Numbered from the whole stretch's first letter, positions 10,187 through 20,885 are shown. The stretch is DNA of 63,704 bases, filler included, from Octopus bimaculoides (GCF_001194135.2; 6 parts of 5 records of this genome joined end to end with filler, not necessarily neighbours in it), one strand, 5' to 3'. Notes: generated by a model not told the origin, from the sequence alone. Numbers and translations are program-made.

Positions 10187-10557
10187 ATAAAGTGAAGTAT
10201 ATTTGCCACTTAAATGTGGCTGACCCCGAGGGGTGGATGTTACTGTTGCTTTTAGCTCCAGGAGGACATCTCCTCCAGCTGGCTATCGACACACATCTGT
10301 GTCCTGTCTGTATTTGCCAAGGGAAGTTATCTTTCCCATCTTGATCTACCTTTTGCATTGAAGGTCGGCGATTGTCGTACGCTGAAGAAGGGAAATAACC
10401 CTGAAACTCGAGTACGTACGTATCGTAGATCAAGATGGGAAAGATAACTTCCCTTGGCAAATACAGGCAGGACACAGATGTGTGTCGATAGNNNNNNNNN
10501 NTAACATCCACCCCTCGGGGTTAGCCACATTTAAGTGGCAAATATACTTCACTTTAT
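10187..10557. mobile_element. Fold-back element with hammerhead in the central spacer
   Basis: Arms 10187-10349 and 10425-10557 are near-perfect reverse complements; the right arm has a 10-N gap where ~40 bp are expected. The 75-bp spacer contains the HHR. Confidence 0.9.
10376..10420 (+). ncRNA. Type-I hammerhead ribozyme, intact core
   Basis: CGTACG-CTGAAGA-AGGG-AAATAA-CCCT-GAAAC-TCGA-GTA-CGTACG; predicted cleavage after GUA (10414). Confidence 0.88.
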
Positions 10558-10624
10558 CGTGCAGTTACTGTTAATAACTCGTTCAGAGATTTAACATTAC
10601 AGAATAACATGTAACAAAAACAAT

Positions 10625-11128
10625 TTGCAAAGATATTTACATGCCCATAAAATGCCTCATAGATCTTATTCAGCTATGTTTAAACTTGAAGTTATATCAT
10701 ATGCTGAAGAGCATGGTAATGGGGCCACCAGAAGAAAATCTGATGTTGACGAAAGCAATGTCAGGTTATGGAAAAGAAATAAAGATGAAATTAAACAGAT
10801 GCCAAAAATAAAGAAGGCAAGAAGGGGGAAACAGCCGTTCACTAAAGGTGGAAGGGTTCACGCTCCTGACCTGACTTTGATATGCAAATGGATTGTGTAT
10901 GCATGGAATGAGCTTGATCCCTAGATTATTGTGAAAAGTTTTATCAAATGTTGTATATCGTCTCCACTGCATGGTACTCAGGATGACGTTGAATGGAAAG
11001 ATGAAATAAATGAAAGTGAATCTTCTGATGTTGACTATGACTCTGACGATGACGGAGATTTACACTACAATGATGCTGACATGTTTACGGAGGAACAAAT
11101 GGAACAGTTATTTGATGCTGAAATTTGA
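10625..11128 (+). pseudogene. pogo transposase remnant (Brinker-type HTH fused by deletion to C-terminal end of DDE region)
   Basis: RSYSAMFKLEVISYAEEHGN..DVDESNVRLWKR, then FTKGGRVHAPDLTLICKWIVYAWN..IIVKSFIKCCISS.LHGTQDD and an acidic tail. Confidence 0.85.
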
Positions 11129-11494
11129 TGTTGAATTTGAAGGATTTGAATAAATGTTTTTGCTTTTGGTTTTGTAACTGATAGTGATAAATATGTAAAG
11201 GCAATTTACTCAATATTTATTTTTCACTGAACATTATGACTGTTATTTCTTTATTTTCTGCAAACAAAGTGCACAATAAAGCTACACGTTTGCATTATGT
11301 TATATATACAATAATAAAAAAGGACGTTACCGTATATATTTTAACAAACCAAGAACGTTATATAGACCTCCTTGACTCAAGTTAGAGAAGGGGTGCATAT
11401 TATACACAAGGTTTAGGTTTTTCAGAGGTACAGCCCCCTAAAAATCCCCTGCGTATTATACTCAAGGGCGGACTATACTCGAGGATTTACGGTA

Positions 11495-12262
11495 GTTCCT
11501 CCATTCTTGACTACTTACACACCAATAACCACATTGCTAAAAATAACTCTAAAGCCACTGACCTTAACCAGAACGGACACAAGCATTTACTACTAGATTT
11601 CCAATCCAACCCCTATAGACTAGAAGAATAACACCAACACCTACTACTCTCTTTAAATTCCTTTCATTTTGCTCTATTTTGTTTATTTTTTACATTAGCT
11701 TCCTCTACCTCCTCATCCTCTCTCTTATCTTCTCAGGTACCCTTGCACACCATATTCTTAGAAACTATATGCTTATATATCTTACTTTATCCTAAAGCCA
11801 ATCCTTAACTTATCCCTCATTCTATCTACCTCTCTTTCTATTTATTTACTTTTCTATCCTTTTACCACTTAACAGCCATATCTGCTACCATTCTGTTATT
11901 GAACATTGATAAGTTTCCATCTTTTACCTGGATGTTTACAATATCAGGACTTTAACTCTCGTGGATTTGTGCAGATTTGCACCTAAGGGCTTATGCACTT
12001 GTTTCTGCAACATCAAAAAGCTGAACTGTGAACATTTATGCTTCTTTTTCTTCTCTCTTTTCATCTCCTTATTCCTTTACTCTAGTCTTCTATGTTGTCA
12101 TATTATTAATCTATACCATTCTCGTTTTCCCTATTTGTCTCTGATGACGGAACATCCCATACTCTGGGATATCCCTTAAGACTTTTTTCCAATAATAATA
12201 ATGTGTATGACTTCAGATGTTTGCCTTGCCTTAATATTTGTTGTCCTCTTTAACAATTATAC
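11495..12262 (+). mobile_element. PLE 3' end/pLTR (continuation of 9849-9911 beyond the pogo insertion)
   Basis: 11640-12260 is the reverse complement of 7615-8240 with moderate divergence. Confidence 0.85.
12137..12182 (+). ncRNA. Hammerhead remnant (CTGATGA and stem II intact, GAAAC deleted)
   Basis: GTCT-CTGATGA-CGGAACATCCCA-TACTC-TGGGATATCCC-[deletion]-TTAAGAC; paralogue of 7692-7747. Confidence 0.65.
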
Positions 12263-12264
12263 AA

Positions 12265-12298
<34 letters not shown>

Positions 12299-12309
12299 GT
12301 GTACATATA

Positions 12310-12401
<92 letters not shown>

Positions 12402-12470
12402 TGCATATAGATATATAATAATATATATACATATATATGTAATATATATAAATATATATATATATAGACG

Positions 12471-12790
12471 TAGGAGTGGCTGTGTGGTAAGTAGCTTGCT
12501 TACGAACCACATGGTTCCAGGTTCAGTCCCACTGCGTGGCACTTTGGGCGAGTGTCTTCTACTATAGCCTCGGGCCGACCAAAGCCTTGTGAGTGGATTT
12601 GGTAGACGGAAACTAAAAGAAGCCCGTCGTATATATGTATGTGTGTATATGTTGTGTATCTGTGTTTGTCCCCCCAACATTGCTTGACAACCGATGCTGG
12701 TGTGCTTAGGTCCCCGTAACTTAGCGGTTCGGCAAAAAAGAGACCGATAGAATAAGTACTAGGCTTATAAAGAATAAGTCCTGGGGTTGA
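12471..12790 (+). mobile_element. SINE family 1 with tRNA-like head
   Basis: GGAGTGGCTGTGTGGTAAGTAGCTTGCTTAC..GGTTCAGTCCC head; runs into a gap. Confidence 0.88.
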
Positions 12791-13012
12791 NNNNNNNNNN
12801 NNNNNNNNNNNNNNNNNNNNNNNNNNNNNNNNNNNNNNNNNNNNNNNNNNNNNNNNNNNNNNNNNNNNNNNNNNNNNNNNNNNNNNNNNNNNNNNNNNNN
12901 NNNNNNNNNNNNNNNNNNNNNNNNNNNNNNNNNNNNNNNNNNNNNNNNNNNNNNNNNNNNNNNNNNNNNNNNNNNNNNNNNNNNNNNNNNNNNNNNNNNN
13001 NNNNNNNNNNNN

Positions 13013-13257
13013 ATGTAAAAATAAAAACAAAACACAAAGGATTCTGCGGTACACGTGTTTCAAGCTTTATAGTTGTTGCATCATTATTGGTATATAATTG
13101 ATAGTATAAAGCTATCTTCAGCCGCAAATGTATTCTTTCCCAAGAATTATATCACAAAGAAGAAGTTAAAGGAGGGAAAAACATGAGAGATACAACTATA
13201 AAGCTTGAAACACGTATACCGCAGAATCCTTTGTGTTTTGTTTTTATTTTTACATTT
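13013..13257. repeat. Inverted repeat (64-bp arms, 1 mismatch) duplicating the 3' half of a hammerhead
   Basis: 13013-13076 is the reverse complement of 13192-13255. Confidence 0.9.
13046..13125 (-). ncRNA. Type-I hammerhead with 9-bp stem II and long loop II
   Basis: GCGG-CTGAAGA-T-AGCTTTATA..(loop)..TATAAAGCT-T-GAAAC-ACGT-GTA-CCGC. Confidence 0.85.
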
Positions 13258-13404
13258 CCAATTTACTCCTTGACCCCGGTCACGATCTGGCGTACAAAGG
13301 TGCTTACAATTATCAAATATTACCTTTAACATTTACTTTACCTATATATATATATAATATAAAGAGAGAAAAGGATAAAGAGACCAATGGCAAAGTGAGA
13401 AATA

Positions 13405-13715
13405 TATTTTATGGATAAAGTCTTACAGCTGTTTCAGGGAAAATCCAATGTATCCCTTCATCGGAGACGGTAATAGTAGAAGAATGGATTATTACATCTA
13501 TAAGAGAAGAGTTGTAGTAAGAAGTGAGAGCGATGCGCTGAAGAAAGAACAAAGAAGAAACAGTACTTGGAGTGTAGCTTCATTCCAGCAGTAAACATCC
13601 ATGTAAAGAATCCTGGTGGGTATTTTCCGGAGATAATTGTAGTAGCAAAGGTGGATATATATCATATCGTATCCAGAGTACTCTGTGCGTTGTTTACTCA
13701 AAGGATAGCCCAAAT
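13405..13715 (-). mobile_element. PLE pseudo-LTR fragment
   Basis: Contains an HHR; the post-cleavage AGACTTT..TCC resembles the 7692/12137 family. Confidence 0.6.
13420..13468 (-). ncRNA. Type-I hammerhead, one core change (CCGATGA)
   Basis: GTCT-CCGATGA-AGGGA-(loop)-TCCCT-GAAAC-AGCT-GTA-AGAC. Confidence 0.8.
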
Positions 13716-13724
13716 CAAGTGATT

Positions 13725-13803
13725 TGATAGTACCATGGTAGATAAGGCAATTAAGAGTATGATGACAGGGAAAGCCTCCGGCCCATCAGGAATCACTGCA
13801 GAT
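13725..13803 (+). mobile_element. Small RTE LINE fragment
   Basis: DSTMVDKAIKSMMTGKASGPSGITA matches the 4600-4680 region of the first RTE. Confidence 0.8.
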
Positions 13804-13859
13804 GTGTGTGTGTATATATATATATATATGTGTTATATATATATATAATTTGAAGAAAA

Positions 13860-14341
13860 GCAATAAAAATTCAATAGGTTATAACAGTACGTACGTTTCG
13901 TACAAACTTCATTTATTCATGTAGTGAGAACACTACATAAAATGTGCAATGAAAATGTACTCCTCAGCTGCATAATGGAATTTCATTTTAGAAAGTCATT
14001 TTGTAGATGTGTGCAAATACAAGAGTAAGAGAAGAAAAAATACCATCTAGCCGAACATCCTTTAGATGTTCAGTGAACCGGTCGGCCAGTCAGCGGCCCA
14101 TCTGACCTACATATGGTTTACCACAGAGGTTGCATCTAATACAGTATATGAGGCTAGAAGAGGTGCAAGAGAAGGAATTTCTCATGTGAAAAGTTTGCTG
14201 ATTAGAACCAGTGAGAGAAGTAATGTTGGTGATGAAGGGGAAGGTGTTGCACGGGAAGGATCTGGGTGGGGGTGGGGGAAGAGGAGGTGCTACGGACCAG
14301 AAGATCGCGTAGGTTCGGGGCGCGTTTACAGGTGGACAAGG
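13860..14341 (-). mobile_element. PLE (Neptune-like) 3' end: GIY-YIG endonuclease fragment then HHR
   Basis: CKRAPNLRDLLVRS ... CNTFPFI..FHMRNSFSCTSSSLIYCIRCNLCGKPYVGQMGR (GIY-YIG with Cys-rich linker). Confidence 0.85.
13884..13971 (-). ncRNA. Type-I hammerhead, fully canonical core, long loop II
   Basis: GCAG-CTGAGGA-GTAC..(long loop with internal ATGTAGTG/CACTACAT hairpin)..GTAC-GAAAC-GTAC-GTA-CTGT; G10.1-C11.1 intact. Confidence 0.88.
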
Positions 14342-15659
14342 NNNNNNNNNNNNNNNNNNNNNNNNNNNNNNNNNNNNNNNNNNNNNNNNNNNNNNNNNNN
14401 NNNNNNNNNNNNNNNNNNNNNNNNNNNNNNNNNNNNNNNNNNNNNNNNNNNNNNNNNNNNNNNNNNNNNNNNNNNNNNNNNNNNNNNNNNNNNNNNNNNN
14501 NNNNNNNNNNNNNNNNNNNNNNNNNNNNNNNNNNNNNNNNNNNNNNNNNNNNNNNNNNNNNNNNNNNNNNNNNNNNNNNNNNNNNNNNNNNNNNNNNNNN
14601 NNNNNNNNNNNNNNNNNNNNNNNNNNNNNNNNNNNNNNNNNNNNNNNNNNNNNNNNNNNNNNNNNNNNNNNNNNNNNNNNNNNNNNNNNNNNNNNNNNNN
14701 NNNNNNNNNNNNNNNNNNNNNNNNNNNNNNNNNNNNNNNNNNNNNNNNNNNNNNNNNNNNNNNNNNNNNNNNNNNNNNNNNNNNNNNNNNNNNNNNNNNN
14801 NNNNNNNNNNNNNNNNNNNNNNNNNNNNNNNNNNNNNNNNNNNNNNNNNNNNNNNNNNNNNNNNNNNNNNNNNNNNNNNNNNNNNNNNNNNNNNNNNNNN
14901 NNNNNNNNNNNNNNNNNNNNNNNNNNNNNNNNNNNNNNNNNNNNNNNNNNNNNNNNNNNNNNNNNNNNNNNNNNNNNNNNNNNNNNNNNNNNNNNNNNNN
15001 NNNNNNNNNNNNNNNNNNNNNNNNNNNNNNNNNNNNNNNNNNNNNNNNNNNNNNNNNNNNNNNNNNNNNNNNNNNNNNNNNNNNNNNNNNNNNNNNNNNN
15101 NNNNNNNNNNNNNNNNNNNNNNNNNNNNNNNNNNNNNNNNNNNNNNNNNNNNNNNNNNNNNNNNNNNNNNNNNNNNNNNNNNNNNNNNNNNNNNNNNNNN
15201 NAGAGAGAGAGAGTGAGAGAGTGATACATACAAAGTCATAGATTAAACTTTCCTCTCAGTATTCTTTACCTATTTTTCATAACATTGATACGTAAAAATA
15301 CACACAACCACACATACGTAATCTGTGACAGCAACATACACATTGCTCTCGTTCTCTATTCATTTCTCCACCTCTTCCTCTCTCGCTCTCTCAAACACAT
15401 ACACCTGCAAGTAAACACAGTTATTACCCCGCTGACTTTGGAAGCTCATAACTTTCAGAAAAATGAATATTTTTTAATGAAATTTCCTATGCATATATTA
15501 TTTATTATGTAGATTCCAAATATACAAAAATTTTCGGTGAAAGTGTTTTGAGAGGGGTCGGGGACAATTTTCGGAAATTCCACTTAAATTCCTCTTAACT
15601 TCCAGGAAAATGAATATTTTTTCGTGAAATTTTCTACAAATACACCTTGATGTATGTAC

Positions 15660-16340
15660 ATTTCGAGCGTGTAGGAATTTTGAAGGAAACAAAAGAAAAG
15701 GAAAGATTGATGATCCATTGGAGGACATACGTTCTCATCTTCTTAGACTATTGCTCCAGACTCTGGTCACCACACAATAAAAAAATCCACAGCAGAACTC
15801 GAAGCAATCCAACGAAGCTACACTTTGAAAATCGTCTCGATGCAATGTATCAGCTACTGAAAGAACAACGTATCAGCAACTGAAAGACTGAAAGAATTAA
15901 AACTCTTCTCTCTGGAATGAAGGAGGGAGAGATATACAGTAATGTACACAACTTTAGCATTGAAAGTTACTGAAACTGCAGAATGGGGCACCACTGCATA
16001 GAACCAAAGATCCCAGCATCACCATCAAAATACAGGGCCAGATACTGCCACAGCTTGGGCTTCAGGGGCCCACAGCTCTTTAATATATTTCCAAAATGCC
16101 TGAGAGACCTGCATGGTGTGGCTGTAAGTGTCTTTAAAACAAAACTGGATCTCTTCCTGTTAAGGGCTCCAGTCAAGCCTGCCTCACGGCAGGAAACACA
16201 GTTGGGGGCAGTAGCATCAAACTCCGGCATTGACCAAATGCCACATATCAGAGGAGCTTACAAATAATGGTGTGGCTCAGCCAACGTTGGTGCTCCAGCA
16301 TGACCGCAGCTTTGCAGCTGAAACAATTTAAAATAGTAAA
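15660..16340 (+). mobile_element. CR1-group LINE 3' end (ORF2 C-terminus plus tail)
   Basis: WRTYVLIFLDYCSRLWSPH, YCHSLGFRGPQLFNIFPKCLRDLHGV..FKTKLDLFL; paralogue at 51890-52615. Confidence 0.85.
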
Positions 16341-16345
16341 ATAGT

Positions 16346-16376
<31 letters not shown>

Positions 16377-17749
16377 NNNNNNNNNNNNNNNNNNNNNNNN
16401 NNNNNNNNNNNNNNNNNNNNNNNNNNNNNNNNNNNNNNNNNNNNNNNNNNNNNNNNNNNNNNNNNNNNNNNNNNNNNNNNNNNNNNNNNNNNNNNNNNNN
16501 NNNNNNNNNNNNNNNNNNNNNNNNNNNNNNNNNNNNNNNNNNNNNNNNNNNNNNNNNNNNNNNNNNNNNNNNNNNNNNNNNNNNNNNNNNNNNNNNNNNN
16601 NNNNNNNNNNNNNNNNNNNNNNNNNNNNNNNNNNNNNNNNNNNNNNNNNNNNNNNNNNNNNNNNNNNNNNNNNNNNNNNNNNNNNNNNNNNNNNNNNNNN
16701 NNNNNNNNNNNNNNNNNNNNNNNNNNNNNNNNNNNNNNNNNNNNNNNNNNNNNNNNNNNNNNNNNNNNNNNNNNNNNNNNNNNNNNNNNNNNNNNNNNNN
16801 NNNNNNNNNNNNNNNNNNNNNNNNNNNNNNNNNNNNNNNNNNNNNNNNNNNNNNNNNNNNNNNNNNNNNNNNNNNNNNNNNNNNNNNNNNNNNNNNNNNN
16901 NNNNNNNNNNNNNNNNNNNNNNNNNNNNNNNNNNNNNNNNNNNNNNNNNNNNNNNNNNNNNNNNNNNNNNNNNNNNNNNNNNNNNNNNNNNNNNNNNNNN
17001 NNNNNNNNNNNNNNNNNNNNNNNNNNNNNNNNNNNNNNNNNNNNNNNNNNNNNNNNNNNNNNNNNNNNNNNNNNNNNNNNNNNNNNNNNNNNNNNNNNNN
17101 NNNNNNNNNNNNNNNNNNNNNNNNNNNNNNNNNNNNNNNNNNNNNNNNNNNNNNNNNNNNNNNNNNNNNNNNNNNNNNNNNNNNNNNNNNNNNNNNNNNN
17201 NNNNNNNNNNNNNNNNNNNNNNNNNNNNNNNNNNNNNNNNNNNNNNNNNNNNNNNNNNNNNNNNNNNNNNNNNNNNNAACCAAAATAAGGGATTTGCAGC
17301 ATATTAGGAGGTCAGTGTACTTGATTCCACACAAAAAAATCAAATTTTTTTTTTTCTTAGTGAAAATCATATGGGTGTTAATATAGAATTTGACCATAAT
17401 GTTGTTGTTATTTAGCCTCAAATAAACCCTGATACTGCAAACGTAGCATCAAAGACATTCCAGCCTTCAGCAAACTGTCTTTTTAGGGATAATCTAGCAC
17501 ATTACATATAATAGGCATGTGATTTAGGTAGGGGTATACTTTGGCTGCAATTTTTAGCATGTCGAGCAACCAGGTAGAGGCTCTTTCATTGATTCGATTG
17601 CGAGATAAGATTTTTTTACACATATATATAATATGTATATATATCATTGGCAGAAGTTAGAGAGTAAGTTAAAAGCTGAGAGTTTCGTGTATTGGCACTT
17701 ATCAAACATGAATTTGTCCATTGTCACTCTGTAACTTCTGATGAAATAA

Positions 17750-18085
17750 CTTCTAAAATATAAAATTTTGTCAAAAACGTTAAGAGTAAACCCTGTTCTA
17801 TGTGACACATTCTACCAGTATCAGAAGTTTGAAAGTGTTTAGTTAAAAAACATTAACGAAATAATCTGTACGTCTAATTGAATAGATCCGAAATGGATGA
17901 AAGGCAAACTCGACCTTGGCAGAATTTGAACTCAGAACGTAAAGACAGATGACAAACCGCTTCTAAAATACAAAATTTTGTCAAAAATGTTAAGAATAAA
18001 CCCTGTTCTATGTGACATATTCTACCAGTATTGGAAGTTTGAAAGTGTTTAGTTAAAACAAAATTAATTAAATAATCTGTACATC
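17750..18085 (+). repeat. ~125-bp direct duplication (17750-17874, 17960-18085) separated by a SINE family 2 fragment
   Basis: CTTCTAAAATA.AAAATTTTGTC..AAATAATCTGTAC occurs twice, about 90% identical by eye. Confidence 0.85.
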
Positions 18086-19944
18086 ANNNNNNNNNNNNNN
18101 NNNNNNNNNNNNNNNNNNNNNNNNNNNNNNNNNNNNNNNNNNNNNNNNNNNNNNNNNNNNNNNNNNNNNNNNNNNNNNNNNNNNNNNNNNNNNNNNNNNN
18201 NNNNNNNNNNNNNNNNNNNNNNNNNGAAGCTTACTCCCTTACTTCCTTACTGACATGAAATTTCATAACATTTTATCTCATAACTCTTTTTCTACTAATT
18301 TTTGTGCAATTCCCCGGGCATTTTTCTATCATTTAAGCCTAAGAAAGGCATACTTTTAATCTAAAATTTAAAATTTATGTTAATTGAAGGTGAATATCTA
18401 CCTTACTGCAGATATTTTAATGTAACTTTTTTCTTGTGAACCAAATCTCAAACTATTTATGCCAAAGTATAGTTGAGGAGGTGTCCTCTTTAACACTATT
18501 AACAGTTTGCAATTTAGTTGAGAACTGAATTAGTGGTGAAGCTTGGAAGCTGCTGCGATTGACAAAATGGTGAACTTAATATATTCAACCACTACCATGG
18601 TTGAATGATATATATATTATATATAATATACATATATATATTATATAATATATATATATAATGAATACATATATATATATGTATGTATATATATAATTGG
18701 AGAATAAGTATGATTATGATATATATCATACAGTTATATAATTAATATATATATGTACAATATATATATAATTATATAATATATATAATACATATATATA
18801 ATATATATTATACATATATTTTCTCTCCTTGTTTCTTTCTGTGTTCCTTTCTGTGGAAGAGCGNNNNNNNNNNNNNNNNNNNNNNNNNNNNNNNNNNNNN
18901 NNNNNNNNNNNNNNNNNNNNNNNNNNNNNNNNNNNNNNNNNNNNNNNNNNNNNNNNNNNNNNNGACTTTATATAACACCATGCTTCCATACATTTCATCA
19001 TATATAAACATTAGCCTTCAACATATAAAAGGAATATATATATATAAAAGCACAGAAAGTAAAAATTATATATAGACATAATAATACAAAATATATAGAA
19101 AGGCCTATCAAGAAAGGATATCTACAAATCAACTAAGATAGGTAATCAAAATGGATTACTAAAATATGTCAGTTAACAAAAATATTAATTGACTAAAAAA
19201 ACTATCAATCGACTAAAACAAAAACTTTTTTACCCCTTAATCAAAAATATATCAAAATAGTTTGTTTTAAAAAAGCAATCCATGGTAGGTCAATGTCTAA
19301 GGAACATAATAGAGTTTTTAAAAATCAGGTCAAAAAATACATCTATGGCCATTTTTGGAGTTCACTGCTACAGTCCAGTTGTGAATTAATGCACATCTCA
19401 GCAATGAACACCCTCATCAGGATGAACAGGAATTTCACAATCAGGTTGTTCGCAAGAGTTACAATATGGATGCAAAAACTTCTTTAACGATATAACCTAT
19501 AGCAGGACCAGCCCAAAATTTCTAACAAGAAAAAAACAAAAATTCTAACAAAAAAAATTTTTTTATTTTATTCTATGGCTAAACATGTAGGTGGCTGCAA
19601 ATCATAGGAAGTTTTCTGTTCAGTTGTAGCATTAATATTACCAAGTGTAAGTTATGCATAAGGGAATCTCTTGCCATCCTTAAGTCGTTTGACTCTAAAA
19701 CATTAAATAAATTTACAGAGGTGATCCCTTTCTGCAACCATAAGTTTTCTTCTACTTTTCTGAAAGTAAATAGAAGTAAGGCTAGATGTGGAAGATAATA
19801 TTTAGTTTGTTTACTGGGGTTCAAAACCGGATAGTCCTATAAACCATTTTTGGTTCCATATAAAGAAGCAAAACTTATTTATTGTCTTATATAATATATA
19901 TTTATATCTATCTATCGACACACACACACACACACACACATATA

Positions 19945-20190
19945 TATCATCATCATCGTTTAACGTCCGCTTTCCATGCTAGCATGGGTTGGATGATTTG
20001 ACTGAGGACTGGTGAACCAGATGGCTACGCCAGGCACCAATCTGATTTGGCAGAGTTTCTACAGCTGGATGCCCTTCCTAACGCCAACCACTCCGAGAGT
20101 GTAGTGGGTGCTTTTACCTGCCACTGACACGAAGGCCAGTCAGGCGGTACTGGCAACAGCCATGCTCAAAATGGTGTATTTTATGTGCCG
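19945..20190 (-). mobile_element. RTE-type 3' tail (SINE or LINE UTR) ending in (GAT)n
   Basis: Minus strand ..GGTTGGCGTTAGGAAGGGCATCCAGCTGTAGAAAC..AACCCATGCTAGCATGGAAAGCGGACGTTAAACGATGATGATG. Confidence 0.75.
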
Positions 20191-20536
20191 GGGTTAAGCA
20201 ATAATAAATATCCAATATACTACTGGATGTATACCTATGTATTTATCACCAAGTGCTTACTGTTGCAGGGTAGTATTGCAATTCAGTACTAGATATGAGT
20301 GAGGGTAAAAACCGAAATTTACCTAGAATATATAAGGCAAATAAGAAAATGGAGAGGGTAATCAATCGACAAACATCAGCCTGTAGACATTCATTTATAT
20401 CTATTTATTAATTGATTACAATCATATGTATAAGTAATCAAAATATACAAATGAAATAAGCAAATAGACAAGTAAATAAATAGATAAATAAAAATAAACA
20501 AATGAATAAGAATAAATGAGTGAAAAATTACTAAGT

Positions 20537-20678
20537 TCTTACAGCTGTTTCTACTATGGGATTACCCAATCTGCCAAGTTTTCCACATCATGCCAGTAAT
20601 ATACAGGGATTTTACAAAGGTTGAACAAACAATGGACACGGGTTGAACAATGACTGAGCCCCAAAGCTTCATCAGAGA
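20537..20678 (-). ncRNA. Type-I hammerhead with ~100-nt insert in loop II
   Basis: TCT-CTGATGA-A-GCTTTGGGG..(long loop)..TCCCATAGT-A-GAAAC-AGCT-GTA-AGA; stem I is only 3 bp. Confidence 0.65.
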
Positions 20679-20885
20679 GACTATAATGTTTGGAATCTAA
20701 CATGTGAGGAAGTAATGTAAAACAATAAAATAAAATAGTAAGGAATGATAAAAACGTCAATTCCAAGGTGATATCTATAATCCATGGGATTACATCCTAT
20801 GGTAAAGAAAGTCACTTCCGGAAGTAATTTCAACAGGTTATGAGAGTTACATCTTATTTCAAGTTTACAGTATATACACACACAA

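Larger units (their letters stand above)
9914..11492 (+). mobile_element. pogo/Tc2-type (Tc1-mariner superfamily) DNA transposon, internally deleted, TA TSD
   Basis: TIRs CCATAAATCCTCGAGTATAATCCGC and GCGGACTATACTCGAGGATTTACGG, flanked by TA at 9912-13 and 11493-94. Confidence 0.9.

Noticed and set aside
18825-18863. CTGTGGAAGAGCG running into a gap, a possible HHR start
   Set aside because: The core is non-canonical and the rest is hidden by Ns, so it cannot be evaluated.
19420-19435. CTGATGAG on the minus strand
   Set aside because: No stem II or GAAAC follows.
19293-19824. Short ORFs as host exons or Helitron remnants
   Set aside because: No diagnostic motif that I can defend without a search.
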